A stretch of DNA of 63,019 nucleotides, filler included, from Octopus bimaculoides (lineage: Eukaryota), in assembly GCF_001194135.2 (NCBI RefSeq). It is 4 parts of 4 records of this genome, joined end to end, with 100 filler letters (N's around TTAATTAATTAA, not from the genome) between each part and the next. Parts side by side here need not be neighbours in the genome. Positions count along the whole stretch, not along the records: positions 1 to 27,854 come from NC_068988.1; positions 27,955 to 45,099 come from NC_068997.1; 2 more parts are not named here. One strand, 5' to 3'. How positions within the stretch are numbered: the first letter of the stretch is position 1; every line of letters starts with the position of its first letter. Position numbers and translations under genes: made by a program. The notes beneath the pieces were generated by a model. That model had not been told where the DNA came from and made no database searches. It worked only from the letters and a program-made list of their open reading frames with translations. This document shows positions 24,346 through 37,265 of this stretch, piece after piece.

Positions 24346-24779
24346 GTCTGTCTATCCTTTCAGCATACAGTTAGTGTAAGATCTGCTGTATCCAAACAAC
24401 TCCATTCTAGCCGAACCAATTCATTTCTTCTCCAGGCAGTCACCACAGGAAAACATCATAACTGCACAACATCTGGGACATTCCTCAGAGAAGAAAACTT
24501 TTATCATAAGGTATTTCACATTTTCTTCTTGACACATCTCCTCCTCTATCTCTCTCTCTCTCTCAGAGTTCAACGTTTCCTAGCCCTCTTATCTCTCCTT
24601 TCTCTGATCCATATGTGTGTGTTGGTAAACTGGACAAAACAAGTCAATAAGAGAAAAGACCAACACTATTATACCAGACTCTACTCACCTCTAGCCCTAT
24701 TGTATATTGGACATATTGCATTTTATACATGTAACAACAAAAATAAGTGACCTGTGTGTGTACACACACACACACATGT

Positions 24780-25070
24780 ATATATGAAAGGCACCTTGAA
24801 CAAGTGTCTCCTACTACAGCATCAGGATGACCAATACCGTGTGAATGAAATTAGTTGATAGAAGCCTGTTGTATGTATGTGTATGTCTATGTATTGTATT
24901 TGTCCCCCACCACTGCTTGACAACTGGTGTTAGTTTGTTTATGCTTTCTCCCATAAATTAGCAGTTCAACAAAAGAAACCAATAGACTAAGTGCCAGACC
25001 TATATAAAAATGGCTGGTGTCAATCCATTCAGCTAAAACCCTTCAGGACGATGTGCCAGCTTGGCCAGAC
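24780..25070 (+). mobile_element. CORE-type SINE, decayed
   Basis: GGCACCTTGAACAAGTGTCTCCTACTA...TTGTCCCCCACCACTGCTTGACAACTGGTGTT...CCAGCTTGGCC. Confidence 0.7.
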
Positions 25071-25139
25071 TCAACAAATGCCAAATACAGAACTTATTAT
25101 TGGTTAATTACATCCCCTGCAGAAATATTTAACCAAAAA

Positions 25140-25990
25140 TGTACTTCTGCTACAGAAGCTGTGTAAGGGAAGCCTTTTCCTGAGTAGAAGGTACACTGGG
25201 TGTCAGGGAGCAAGTCATTATCTTCTAGGAACATGATCAGCTTCCTCCTGACAATTTGTTTCATAACTTTTCAGACATGTGAGGCTAGAGAAACAGGTCT
25301 ATAATTGTTAGTATCTACTCTGCTCTACTTCCTTCTTTATGGATAGGACATATTATATATAGCTAGGGATGATGCCTTCCTGAATAACCTGATTAACTAT
25401 ATGGGTTACTAGACCATGTCCTACTCCAGCAGTATATTAAGCATCTCAATGGTAATTCTTGATGGACAGGGTCTTTCCCTGTCTTCATATCTTTGATTGC
25501 CTTATTTATCATACTGCTGGCAACTAGGCTGGCTGGTCCCTCTGTTGGCTTCATATTGGGAAGACTCCCTTAGTTCCATTTATTGTCCATATTTATTAAC
25601 TATTCACTTCTATACCTCATTCTTTTCAGAGTTGCTAAGGGCGAGCATACCATTATCTGTCTGTACACACTTCTCATCCACAACGTCTCAATACTCTCTG
25701 ATACACTGTCTTAGCAACCTGGAATACTTCTCATCTATGATCCTTATGCTGCAAGACACCTATTCCTTTTTGCTTCTACCCCTGCTAGATAAACCTGTTG
25801 TCTAGATGCCTTTCTATAGCTCTTTGTAGCCTCCATTTGAATAAATGCAGCTGGAGTGGTGTGATGGGGTTAGAGAGATTGGTAGAAGGAAGACAGGGTG
25901 ATTGTAGAGGCTTTATTGGAAATCAGAGAGAATGCTGGATGGCAATGAAGATGAGTAATGGTGAAGAAGTAGAAGTAATGAGCAATTGGG
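25140..25990 (-). pseudogene. LINE reverse-transcriptase remnants (RTE-like segment followed by CR1/L2-like segment)
   Basis: Minus strand: MINKAIKDMKTGK...LVTHIVNQVIQEGIIP, then NYRPVSLASHV*KVMKQIVRRKLIMFLEDNDLLPDTQ. Confidence 0.7.
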
Positions 25991-26702
25991 AGAGAGTAAC
26001 TAGAAAGAGTGACAGCTGAGAAACCTTCTGTTTTGACAATTAACCTGCTTGATTAATTAATATCTAGATCACATTCAAATTCTTTTACCATCATAGAAAT
26101 TGATGAATTTACTGGCTAAAGTAATCCTGAATAAAAATGATGTCACAAATTGAAGGGGGAATACTGGTTAAACAATAAAAACTTGTCATATGTAAACAAA
26201 CATAAGTTTGTTTTTGAAGCATTGAAATGTATTGTAGAACAAAAGTTGAAAGATACAATTTTTCAACACATAAATACTGAACAGTATATATAAAGGATAA
26301 AATCCTTTTAAGAACAGAAAAATTTGCTGGCAAATTTTTCTGCTCTTAAAAGGATTTTATCCTTTATATATACTGTTCAGTATTTACATGTTGAAATAAT
26401 ACATCTTTCTACTTGTTCTACAATAAAAATTTGATTCTCAGCAATGATCAAAGACATTTTCAGCCTAACACTGTATATGGGCAGCTTGAAGATAACAAAT
26501 GACACACAGATTGAAATTTCTAGACTCAAGCTTCCCAATTTGTCATCAATATAAATATAATCAATTCAATTTACCAAAGTTCAATATCATTATGGTCCAC
26601 ATAAATAGAAATGCTCAGTTTTTTATAATTTTAGAATATCTCAAATTTCTTTTATATCTTTCAGATTAAAACCAATGATTATCTGAACTGTCAACATTCC
26701 AT

Positions 26703-27089
26703 ATGGCTGCTAAGAAGAAAGATGATATTCAAGATTCAGCATATTACAGGCGGAACTGTCAGACAACCTATGGATGGTATGGTTCACCTGGTTCAAATTC
26801 TTTAGGCCGTTCTGGACGTTCATCTCGACGAACCTGTGACCGGTTCAATGAAAGAAAGTTACCCCGTCCGGAATCATCAAATTATATTTATGAAGGAGGA
26901 CTTTTCTCAACACCATCTTCACCCCGACGAGATTATTTTGTAATACACCCTGAATGGGTATCTGAGGGAGCAACTCATATAAGACTGAGCAGAGACAAGA
27001 AAAACCGAACTGGTACTTGGCCAGGCCGGCGTTGTCGTAGTGCCCCACCCCCAAGTTATCGGAATCCAATAACTTGGGAACCAAATTAA
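26703..27089 (+). CDS. uncharacterised 128-aa basic R/S/G/P-rich protein, whole CDS in one exon
   Basis: Intact ORF MAAKKKDD...RRDYFVIHPEWVSE...WEPN*; acceptor TTTCTTTTATATCTTTCAG 38 nt upstream (exon from 26665); CpG/GC retained versus flanks; no transposon motifs. Confidence 0.7.
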   Translation: MAAKKKDDIQDSAYYRRNCQTTYGWYGSPGSNSLGRSGRSSRRTCDRFNERKLPRPESSNYIYEGGLFSTPSSPRRDYFVIHPEWVSEGATHIRLSRDKKNRTGTWPGRRCRSAPPPSYRNPITWEPN

Positions 27090-27469
27090 TGTCAAGTGTG
27101 ATAATAGCAAATGTCTTTGGATTCTTTTTTTTAAATGTTTTTTTTTTAAATTTGTTTCTTTTGCGAAAAAGAAAACAAAACGGAAAAAAAAAAGAAAATT
27201 AAGGCTGAGCTTCTAAGAAAGAGTGGAGTTAAACAAATATATACAACATGACTTGTAAGAAAAGTGTAAGGTAACGTCAAATACACACAACATAAATTGT
27301 AAGAAAGAATGGAAAATGTAAACTATATAGATTTTTTTTTAATTTCAAGAATTAGAATATAAAAAAATATGTCATACAAACTTTACTACATCTGTGACAA
27401 ATAGTAATAGCAAAGCTAATATAAAATTTATGATAGATCTTTTACAGACACGACTATGAATCTGTACCT

Positions 27470-27854
<385 letters not shown>

Positions 27855-27954
27855 NNNNNNNNNNNNNNNNNNNNNNNNNNNNNNNNNNNNNNNNNNNNTT
27901 AATTAATTAANNNNNNNNNNNNNNNNNNNNNNNNNNNNNNNNNNNNNNNNNNNN
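27855..27954. other. artificial scaffold-joining spacer
   Basis: 44 N + TTAATTAATTAA (stops in all six frames) + 44 N. Confidence 0.97.
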
Positions 27955-28127
27955 TTCATGTGTATACATGTATGTACGTAAGGACATAAATGCATATATG
28001 TACATAGAAGTGTGCAGCTGTGCATATTTGCAAGCGTGTTGTTGCACTTGTACCTTTGTGCATGTGTGCGCATGTTCGTTGATGTTAATTATCGAAACAA
28101 CGTTCACGCCTAGTGAAGGGTCAAACG

Positions 28128-28198
28128 TTAGTAATGTGACGAGACGACATCGTTAGCGCTACCATCATTAGTCAACCGAGAGTCATCTATGGTGTTCC
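28128..28198 (-). CDS. candidate terminal coding exon (NTIDDSRLTNDGSANDVVSSHY*)
   Basis: Acceptor TTTCTTTTATTGTCCTTAG, open frame to TAA, CpG retained. Confidence 0.3.
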
Positions 28199-28714
28199 CT
28201 AAGGACAATAAAAGAAATATTTCTGCACCATTAGATACAGAATCGGTTCAGTGATGACTGTAAATAAATGATAGTTCGATGCTGCCTTATTTAACACGTG
28301 CCACAGCACTAAGCACTACAAGAAACCTTATAACTATTTAAATTCGTGGTCTTAGGTTCGATACCTACTACAATCCTCTTCATTCCAAGTTAGTCCCAAA
28401 TAGAACTTGTTATGATCCTACAAATGTAGGTTTTCTTATTTCACTTTTTATTTTCATTTAAACTAGCGTTTTTTTGTTTTGTGTTAGAAAACTTAAAAAA
28501 TCGATAATTCTATCGATATTGCATAGTTCTCTCTCTTTTAAATAAAGTTGATACTATGTTGATGAATTTCGATTTGTTTTTATTAATTCATTAGTAATCA
28601 TTTTATACTCAGAATGGTAACACACGAACCAAATAATAGGGAAACTATATATATATATATATATATGCACATACACACACACAAATAGTTCCATATTTGT
28701 TCTTAGCTAGCTAG

Positions 28715-28762
28715 TTCTGAAGCTGATGAGACACGGTATGTCGAAACGCCGGTGTCCCAGAA
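28715..28762 (+). ncRNA. type I hammerhead ribozyme motif
   Basis: CTGATGA-GACA(CGGTA)TGTC-GAAA-C-GCCGGT-GTC; intact core, 4-bp stem II, short near-palindromic stem III, GUC cleavage triplet; stem I TTCTGAAG/CCAGAA imperfect. Confidence 0.7.
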
Positions 28763-28949
28763 TGTCGTGAGCCAATGCCCGGAATGTTTTTAATACATTG
28801 TCGTTGTAAGAGGGAGTGGGGGCGTTAAGAAGGGATGAGTATATAGGTTCATATATCTGAGTGGATCCAGTTTGGAGAAAGCATAAGAGATTACGGTGTA
28901 CGCGTCTGTATACACACGCACGCACTCACGCATGCACACACTCACACAC

Positions 28950-29001
<52 letters not shown>

Positions 29002-29227
29002 GGCGGCGAACTGCCAGAAACGTTAGCACGCCGGGCGAAATGCTTAGCCGTATTTCGTCTGCCGCTACGTTCTGAGTTCAAATTCCGCCGAGGTCGACTT
29101 TGCCTTTCATCCTTTCGGGGTCGATCAAATAAGTACCAGTTACGCACTGGGGTCGGTATAATCGACTTAATCCGTTTGTCTGTCCTTGTTTGTCCCCTCT
29201 GTGTGTAGCCCCTTGTGGGTAGTAAAG

Positions 29228-29233
<6 letters not shown>
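29002..29233 (+). mobile_element. young full-length tRNA-SINE inserted in a (CA)n tract
   Basis: GGCGGCGAACTGCCAGAAACGTTAG head, GTTCAAATTCC B-box, GGTCGACTTTGCCTTTCATCCTTTCGGGGTCGAT central domain, AAAGAAATAA end; (CA)n on both sides. Confidence 0.9.
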
Positions 29234-29271
<38 letters not shown>

Positions 29272-29602
29272 TGCATATATCTTCAGAAAGGCTATTTTGC
29301 AAAAGTTTCCGCGTTCAGAATTTTGAGAAATATTACGTTGTTTTTTGAGAGTTCATTATACGCGTAAATCTTAGAGAATAAAGTTAACAATGACAACAAC
29401 AACAACTACAACAATAATAATAATTGTAATGGCAATAGAAATAATGACAAGATTATGATGTTGATGATATTGATTGTGATGATGACAATGACGATGACGA
29501 CGACGACGACTACGATGATGCTGATGATGTTATGAACAGAAATAACAAAAATAATGATATTATAACCATCATGATTACCATCTTGATTGTTATTAACGTA
29601 CC

Positions 29603-29634
<32 letters not shown>

Positions 29635-29827
29635 TGTTGTCGTCGTCATCATTATTACGTATGTATATACATGTGAAGTTTCTGTCCGCGTGTGTGTGTC
29701 TTATGTTCTATTTTTTAAAAAAATATTAAACTTGCGATTACTAATGCTTAAGTTAGTTAATATGATTAACATTAACCTTTAGCCGACTTAGATTAACGTA
29801 TTATATGCGCTCATATACTAAAATATG

Positions 29828-29917
<90 letters not shown>

Positions 29918-30257
29918 TTTATATTTATGCATATACCCCCCACACACAGGCATATATTTATATATATATATATATATGTGTGTATTTTTAAATATATTTT
30001 GATAAATGCTAGTGTTTGTGTAGGTATGTTTGCTCTGGTGGTGTTTACCTGTGAAATCTTTCTGGTAGGAAGCAGCAATGAAAGTTAGATTAGGGATTAC
30101 GTAAGAAAGCTACGGTAGCGAAACTTCAATGAATGTCACTTTGAATTTTGATATACAGCAGTACAAAATAGTATGTGTGTGTGAGTTTGTCTATGTGTGT
30201 GTGTGTATCGGAAGTTATGTGTGCACAGATACACGTGAAAATAAATATTTATATAAT

Positions 30258-30324
<67 letters not shown>

Positions 30325-30329
30325 TATAT

Positions 30330-30525
30330 CTATGTTATGCGTGTGTCTGTTTGTCCCCCAATCCCCGTTTTACAACCGGTGTTGGCGTGTTTACGTCCCC
30401 ATGACATAGCGGTTCAGCAATTGAGTCCAATAGAATAAGAAGTAGGCTTTAAAACAATAAAGCCCTTGAAGGCGATATTCCAGTATGGCTGCAGTCAAAG
30501 GACTGAAACAAGTGAAAGAATACAG
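30330..30525 (+). mobile_element. CORE-type SINE 3' half
   Basis: TTTGTCCCCCAATCCCCGTTTTACAACCGGTGTTGGCGTGTTTACGTCCCC...CCAGTATGGCTGCAGTCAAAGGACTGAAACAAG. Confidence 0.75.
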
Positions 30526-30539
30526 GTATACATGCATGG

Positions 30540-30576
<37 letters not shown>

Positions 30577-31409
30577 GATAAATGTGTAAATGAATATGCT
30601 TACATGATTATATATAACATGTATGAATATACATATACGCGCACACATATACATTTATACATATACGCGCACACATATACATTTATATGTGCGTGAGTAT
30701 GTAAGCATGCATTCAATGATGGGAATATGATCAATACACACGTAACACTTTATCACGGTTACACATTGCTGAAGGCTACAAATACACATACATTCATATA
30801 TCGTTGCTATTATTGAGAAATGTCGTAAGTCCAAAACGTTGCTTTTTCAGAAATTTTTCACCATTCCATTTCTTGTTACATTAGCAACAGTTTCAGCTTC
30901 ACAATGATACTTTGTTGGGTGTATAAAATCGTAACTCCATGCATGTAGGATATTTTCAGTTAGAAATATTTTTGCAAAACTGTTCTTTATGGAGCTTTCT
31001 ACACTTCTGAAAAATGCTAAACCGTTCTACTACACTTTGACAATTTTCATATCTTGGCATCTGAAGCAGCTGGAGATACGATAGTTTGACCAAAAGAACC
31101 GGCTATTGCAAGCAAAATCAAATATTGAAGGAAACGTATTTGGCCCAATTTGAACATGCTACAGTTTAACATAATACCAACGATATATGTGTGTGTGTGT
31201 ATACATAACTATATGCATTGAGGTTCATACAAATAGATATATAGATGTTGACGTATATGGAGATCAAGTGTCAGGTTTGATGGTAAGGTCTTCACATAAG
31301 GACACTGGTAACGCAAACTGTGGAATTCGGACATGAGTCAGACCGCAGGACTCGGTTCAGATTTGCAGAGAGCTTGACATACCGCCTGCTACACGTCACG
31401 TCGGTACTG

Positions 31410-31484
<75 letters not shown>

Positions 31485-32465
31485 TATATAAATTCATATG
31501 CATATTAGTGATACGGAGTCCATGCATATAACATCTGTGCCCAAGTCTTCTGTCTCCTTCTCGCTTTGTCTCCTACTCACTCTTCTTTCTCTCTCTCTCT
31601 ATTATCTCTCTCTCTCTCTCTCTATTCTCTAAGCCGATTACACAAAATTATGCATTTCTCACGTGATCTCATCCAGATTTTGCTAATCTTTAGCCTAACT
31701 TATTATTAATACAATGTCTTGTTTCCCTCCTCCAAGCTTGTCGGTTTTATGCCAAGGATGGATTCTGACCGTCCGCCATTATCCATCGGCCACTACCACC
31801 GTCGCCGCCGCCACCGCCAACAACATCAACAACAAAAACAACCACAACCACAACAGCAATAAGCAGTGCAACTAGTGCCACAGCTACCACAATCAGCATC
31901 ATAACCAACATCGCCAACACTACATCTACCAGCGCCACTCCCACAACTCTTATGTCGCTGAAGACGAACATTACACCACCATGTCCAAAGTCAACTACTA
32001 CAATCTCATTCCTCCTACTACTACTTCTATTGCCGTGCATCCACCGCCGTCAGCACCACTACTAGGTGGCATCAAATTAACAAGTGCTGATTTGCATCTG
32101 CTAGAAACAGCACCCGAAACACCCTGAAATTCCACACACCTGTCTCTGCATATGAGAGACATGATTTGGGTCATGTAGTCCTAGATACTATGTAGCAAAA
32201 GAAAATATGGTTTGGTCACGGTTGGAACGAGTTTTATCATTTAATTATGGCTGACATACCAGTAAACATTTTAAAGATAATCATCAGATGTATTAAAACA
32301 GCGATCACTAGTATTAGACATCGTTATGACGAGCAGGATGGGAATTGAGATAATGTGCTGGATCTTAAAAAGCTTTGCAAACAGAAAAGAAATGATGATA
32401 GGAGGGATTGATTCTGTTGTACATGTATAGTTTACAGTGATCCACTACGAGCGAAACAAACTTAC

Positions 32466-32537
32466 AATATGCTTCCGCAAAGATTTGGTGAGAAACTAAC
32501 TCGCACCTTAACGTAGCGTTGGATTGTAACGAACCAA
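32466..32537 (-). CDS. candidate 72-nt symmetric exon (GSLQSNATLRCELVSHQIFAEAY)
   Basis: Acceptor GTATCTCTTAAATTTAG, donor GTAAGT; a second frame is also open. Confidence 0.4.
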
Positions 32538-33339
32538 CTAAATTTAAGAGATACATTCATAAAGAATACAAATCGAAAACGGCAACAGAATCGATGTTAG
32601 AAAAATAGATAAACAGCTGCTTCCCGAAGCGAAACTGTTTTATCAAGAATTTAAAAAATTAATAACGAAATCAATGCAATCCGAACGGCAAAAGAAATAA
32701 AAGTATTTCGTAGAGGACAATAGGTAACTAAAGGATCAGCACGGATGCAATTGTTCAAAGTAATGGCCGCAACGTCTGAATAATTGGGAGTCATCAGCCC
32801 AAGCAAATCAAACGGTGCTCCAGAATAAATAAATAGATAAGCAACGAATGGAAAGCGCTAGGACGTGTTAAGATCTGAAAGTTTTGGTTACACATTAGAG
32901 GTTAATCGGTGTGATATTGTTGAAAAATGCAACCAAGGTGACAAATAGTACAGCATCTAAACATCAAGCTCACGATATCATATCCGTCAAAGAAAAGGAA
33001 ACCAGATAAATTATTGAGATAACCAAAGTGAAGGATGAGAAGGAAAGACATGAGACATAATATTAAAATTATAGGTGCTTTGAGGAAGAATTAAATAAAT
33101 ATGGTGCAGACAACCTAAGTATGTAAACAAATCCCTACATTTACAAATATACAGAATAAGTAAGTGAAAAACGAAATATTTAGCACTGGACACGTGTTGC
33201 ATAGAATGCTTTCAGTTCAATAGAGAGTACGAATACAAAAAAAATCTGAGGTACCCAAGATACATAACTGTGCTGTGAAAGTACGGAATAATAATGATAC
33301 GACTCGTAAACAACATCAACAATAACAATAATTGAAATA

Positions 33340-33530
33340 CTCCTTTCTATAAAAGGCAGAAGGTTTGAAATTTGGGGTAGGGTGTGATTACCCGATTACA
33401 TTGACCCCAGTACTTACCTGATACTTATCTTATCGACCCCGTAAGGCTGAGAGGCAAAAATCAACCCGGGTGGCATTAAAGGAGAATAAGAAATGCCGCT
33501 AAGTATTTTGCCAGCCTTAATAATAATAAT
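33340..33530 (-). mobile_element. tRNA-SINE copy, partly deleted, next to (AAT)n
   Basis: TACTTATCTTATCGACCCCGTAAGGCTGAGAGGCAAAAATCAACCCGG...GCCGCTAAGTATTTTGCC. Confidence 0.7.
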
Positions 33531-33551
33531 AGTAATAAACATTTTGTCGCC

Positions 33552-33600
<49 letters not shown>

Positions 33601-33612
33601 TAATAATAATAA

Positions 33613-33775
33613 TAACAGGCTGCCTAGTCCTCGCTGAAAAGGGGTAACTCATAAGACATGTAGGGCACTACATCTACTGGAATACTTATAAATACTACAA
33701 AATTAAATACCATGATAAGTGGTACAGGCACCATCCAGAGGATGTAGTAAATGGTAAGGGCGTCATAATGAAAGG
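33613..33775 (+). pseudogene. R4/Dong-type LINE C-terminal fragment following (TAA)n
   Basis: TGCLVLAEKG*LIRHVGHYIYWNTYKYYKIKYHDKWYRHHPEDVVNGKGV resembles the region preceding the R4 restriction-like endonuclease. Confidence 0.55.
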
Positions 33776-33808
33776 AAAACATAAATGATAATAATGATAA
33801 TAAACAAT

Positions 33809-33972
33809 GGCGCAGGAGTGACTGTGTGGTAAGTGGCTTGCTTACACGGTTCCGGGTTCAATATCACTGCGTGGCACTTTGGGCAAGTGTCTCCTACTAT
33901 AGTCTCGGGCCGACCAAAGCCTTGTGAGTGGATTTGGTAGACGGAAACTGAAAGAAGCCCGTCGTATATATG

Positions 33973-34003
<31 letters not shown>

Positions 34004-34212
34004 CTGTATGTCTGTGTTTGTCCCCCCAACATCGCTTGACAAGCGATGCGGGTGTTTACGTCCCCGTAACTAACGGTTCGGCAAAAGAAACCGATAGAAT
34101 AAGTACTAGGCTTACAAACAATAAGTCCTGGGGTCGATTTGCTCGACTAAAGGTGGTGTTCCAGCATGGCCGCAGTCAAATGACTGAAACAAGTAAAAGA
34201 GTAAAAGAGTAA
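33809..34212 (+). mobile_element. full-length CORE-type SINE with internal (TA)n(TG)n
   Basis: GGCGCAGGAGTGACTGTGTGGTAAG head, GGTTCCGGGTTCAA, GGCACTTTGGGCAAGTGTCT, tail CCAGCATGGCCGCAGTCAAATGACTGAAACAAGTAAAAGAG. Confidence 0.9.
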
Positions 34213-34214
34213 AA

Positions 34215-34430
34215 TGACTTCAAATTTTGTCTCAAGGGCGGTCATTATGAGGAAGTGGGAGTAAGTAGATTCCATTGACTCCAGTGTTCAACTGGTACTT
34301 ATTTTATCGACCGTGAAAGGATGAAAGATAAAGTCAACCTCGGCGGAATTTGAACTCAGAACGAAGCGGCAAACGAAATATGGCTAAGCGCTGCGTCCGG
34401 CGCGCTGACGATTCTCCCAGCTCGCTGCCT
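34215..34430 (-). mobile_element. tRNA-SINE copy abutting (AAT)n
   Basis: CAACCTCGGCGGAATTTGAACTCAGAACG...GATTCTCCCAGCTCGCTGCCTT then AAT repeats. Confidence 0.85.
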
Positions 34431-34536
34431 TAATAATAATAATAATAATGATAATGATGATAATGATGATGATGACGATGATGATGACGGTGATGAGGGT
34501 TATGAGGATGAGCATGATGACGATTATTTTAATAAC

Positions 34537-34598
<62 letters not shown>

Positions 34599-34894
34599 TA
34601 ACAACAACAATAATAATTATGATAATGAGAATTATAATAATAAAATAAAAACAATAATGATCTGACTCGGCAGGATGGCTTCTTGTCACGGTATGTTAGT
34701 GTTTCAGGAGTGTGTATTCAATGCGAACCTCTTATTCCATCAAACGAACCATTTGGTATTCCAACATTTGCATATATCAATTTATAATTGGATAATATCG
34801 GGATATTTGTTTCTTTAACAGCATTCTGCAGCAACATGCACACTGCACGGTCATTTGCACATTCCAACAGTTGATCATGAAGATTGATATGCTA

Positions 34895-34931
<37 letters not shown>

Positions 34932-34958
34932 ACACACACACACACACANNNNNNNNNN

Positions 34959-34990
<32 letters not shown>

Positions 34991-35303
34991 GACATGTACA
35001 TACATATACACGCACAGATGCGTACATACATATGCATAACCATCACTGCAAAAGTTCAGTTCCACGTATACATACACAGAGATGTGCACATTTTGACACA
35101 CAAGTGCATACACACTGCATAAGTAAAAGCATACACACATATATCTGTAGGTACATATGCGCATGTGTGTGTATGTGTATATTTATACACACACATATAT
35201 GTATATTAATTCATATATATATTCACTTATATACATAGATGTACCTATATACTCAATTATAAATATATGCTTACATATTTGTATATATATATATACATAC
35301 ATA

Positions 35304-35319
35304 AGATCGGAAGAGCGTC
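35304..35319 (+). other. Illumina adapter contamination
   Basis: AGATCGGAAGAGCGTC immediately before an N gap. Confidence 0.97.
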
Positions 35320-35790
35320 NNNNNNNNNNNNNNNNNNNNNNNNNNNNNNNNNNNNNNNNNNNNNNNNNNNNNNNNNNNNNNNNNNNNNNNNNNNNNNNNN
35401 NNNNNNNNNNNNNNNNNNNNNNNNNNNNNNNNNNNNNNNNNNNNNNNNNNNNNNNNNNNNNNNNNNNNNNNNNNNNNNNNNNNNNNNNNNNNNNNNNNNN
35501 NNNNNNNNNNNNNNNNNNNNNNNNNNNNNNNNNNNNNNNNNNNNNNNNNNNNNNNNNNNNNNNNNNNNNNNNNNNNNNNNNNNNNNNNNNNNNNNNNNNN
35601 NNNNNNNNNNNNNNNNNNNNNNNNNNNNNNNNNNNNNNNNNNTATATATATATATATATATATATATACTTATTTATGTCTGTATAACACCCTTAGTCAC
35701 ATTTAGTAACAGTTATAGTTTTACTTTTTGGTAACACCTTGCGCATGGCTATATTAATTATATTAATTATATATATTAATTATATATATT

Positions 35791-35830
<40 letters not shown>

Positions 35831-36153
35831 GCAAGTATATCTGTGCGTGTGTGTATTCTTTACTGCTCTCCCATATTCATTATTCTAGAGTCAAGATCAT
35901 CAGCTCTGTAAGTCACCGTTAGACTATTACTCCTTGCCCACTTCCCTCTTTTATTTGGTGTATAAAGACCAGCTCATCTCAGTTAGTTAGTCCCTGATGT
36001 ATTCTTGAACGAAACGAAATGTCACCTGTTGAGTTCAATTCTTTAGTAATATCTCCTGTTTTATAAATAACTTTTATACTTTCTTCCAATTGACCTTAGA
36101 ATTTTTTCTCTAAACAGGTGATCCATAAAGGAATGCCTGTCCTTCGTATATAC

Positions 36154-36193
<40 letters not shown>

Positions 36194-36384
36194 GTGAGGA
36201 TTTGTATGTGTTTGTGTGTCTGTATGTATTTAATGTATATACATTTGGATTCATAAACTGTTATTCGTTCATAAAATGTCTGTAGTACATCTGTGAAGTT
36301 CTCTCTTGTCGATGTGCATTCGATAACTTTTTCTTCCATTTTAAGTGAAGATTTTAGTTAAATAAAATTATAATTTAACCAGAT

Positions 36385-36510
36385 ACACAGGTATGGTGGT
36401 GTGGTAAGAAGCATTATTTTTAACCACGCGTTTCTGGGTTCAGTTCGGCTGTGTGGCACCTTTAGCATGTTTCTTTTACTATAGCATCTGGTCGACCAAA
36501 CCTTGTGATT
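36385..36510 (+). mobile_element. CORE-type SINE 5' part
   Basis: GGTGTGGTAAGAAG...GGGTTCAGTTC...GGCACCTTTAGCATGTTT...GGTCGACCAAACCTTGTGATTGGATT. Confidence 0.7.
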
Positions 36511-37229
36511 GGATTAGGTAATTAACATATTGGTTCTAATATTTTAGCTTCAATCCTGGAGTTTTCTTCAGATTCCGGTCATAGGATTTAATATCAGTCT
36601 TAGGTAACCAGTTATTGCACCTATGCAAAGGAAATCTTATCGTAGATAAGACTTGCGTCTTATCCAGGGGTACGGTTTTTTTATTATGTATCCAACACTG
36701 GCTAAAACAATTTGCATTAATCTACTTTTGTATTCTTTGAGTTATTTTACAAATAAACAGCCGAGTCCATATTTAAAAACATAGTGAACATACGTACACA
36801 AAGGCATACCACACGTACATAGAGACATAGGTATATAGACAGAGACAGAGAGATAGAAAAACACAAAAACTCTTATATAAACACACAGGCAGTCACCCAA
36901 ATATACAAAATAGACACAAGAATATAGACATACATACACATATATAGACGCATTCAATAGGAAGTAAAAGAGACAGGAAAGTGATATATAGGTGAATGTA
37001 TGTGTCTGCGTGCGCACGTATGAGTGTGTGTGTGTAGGTGTGTATGCGGGTAGGTGTGTGCATACATATATGCATACATACACACATATATACGTTCATC
37101 TATATATACGTATATAAGTATACATACATGTATATATATAACTATAACTAAATCTACCTTAGAATCATTTGTATATTTTAGTATACAAATGTATACGTTA
37201 ATACGTATATATGTATGTATGTATATATG

Positions 37230-37265
<36 letters not shown>

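Noticed and set aside
29002-29090. tRNA-like A/B boxes in SINE heads
   Set aside because: No cloverleaf or acceptor stem; they are SINE promoters, not tRNA genes.
31200-31420. CpG-rich patch with a YQCPY...HIRQH zinc-finger-like reading on the minus strand
   Set aside because: The second cysteine is missing and the spacing is wrong; splice signals are inconsistent. Left unexplained.
31747-32070. T/P/Q-rich open frames
   Set aside because: Derived from ACC/AAC trinucleotide repeats; no convincing splice pair.
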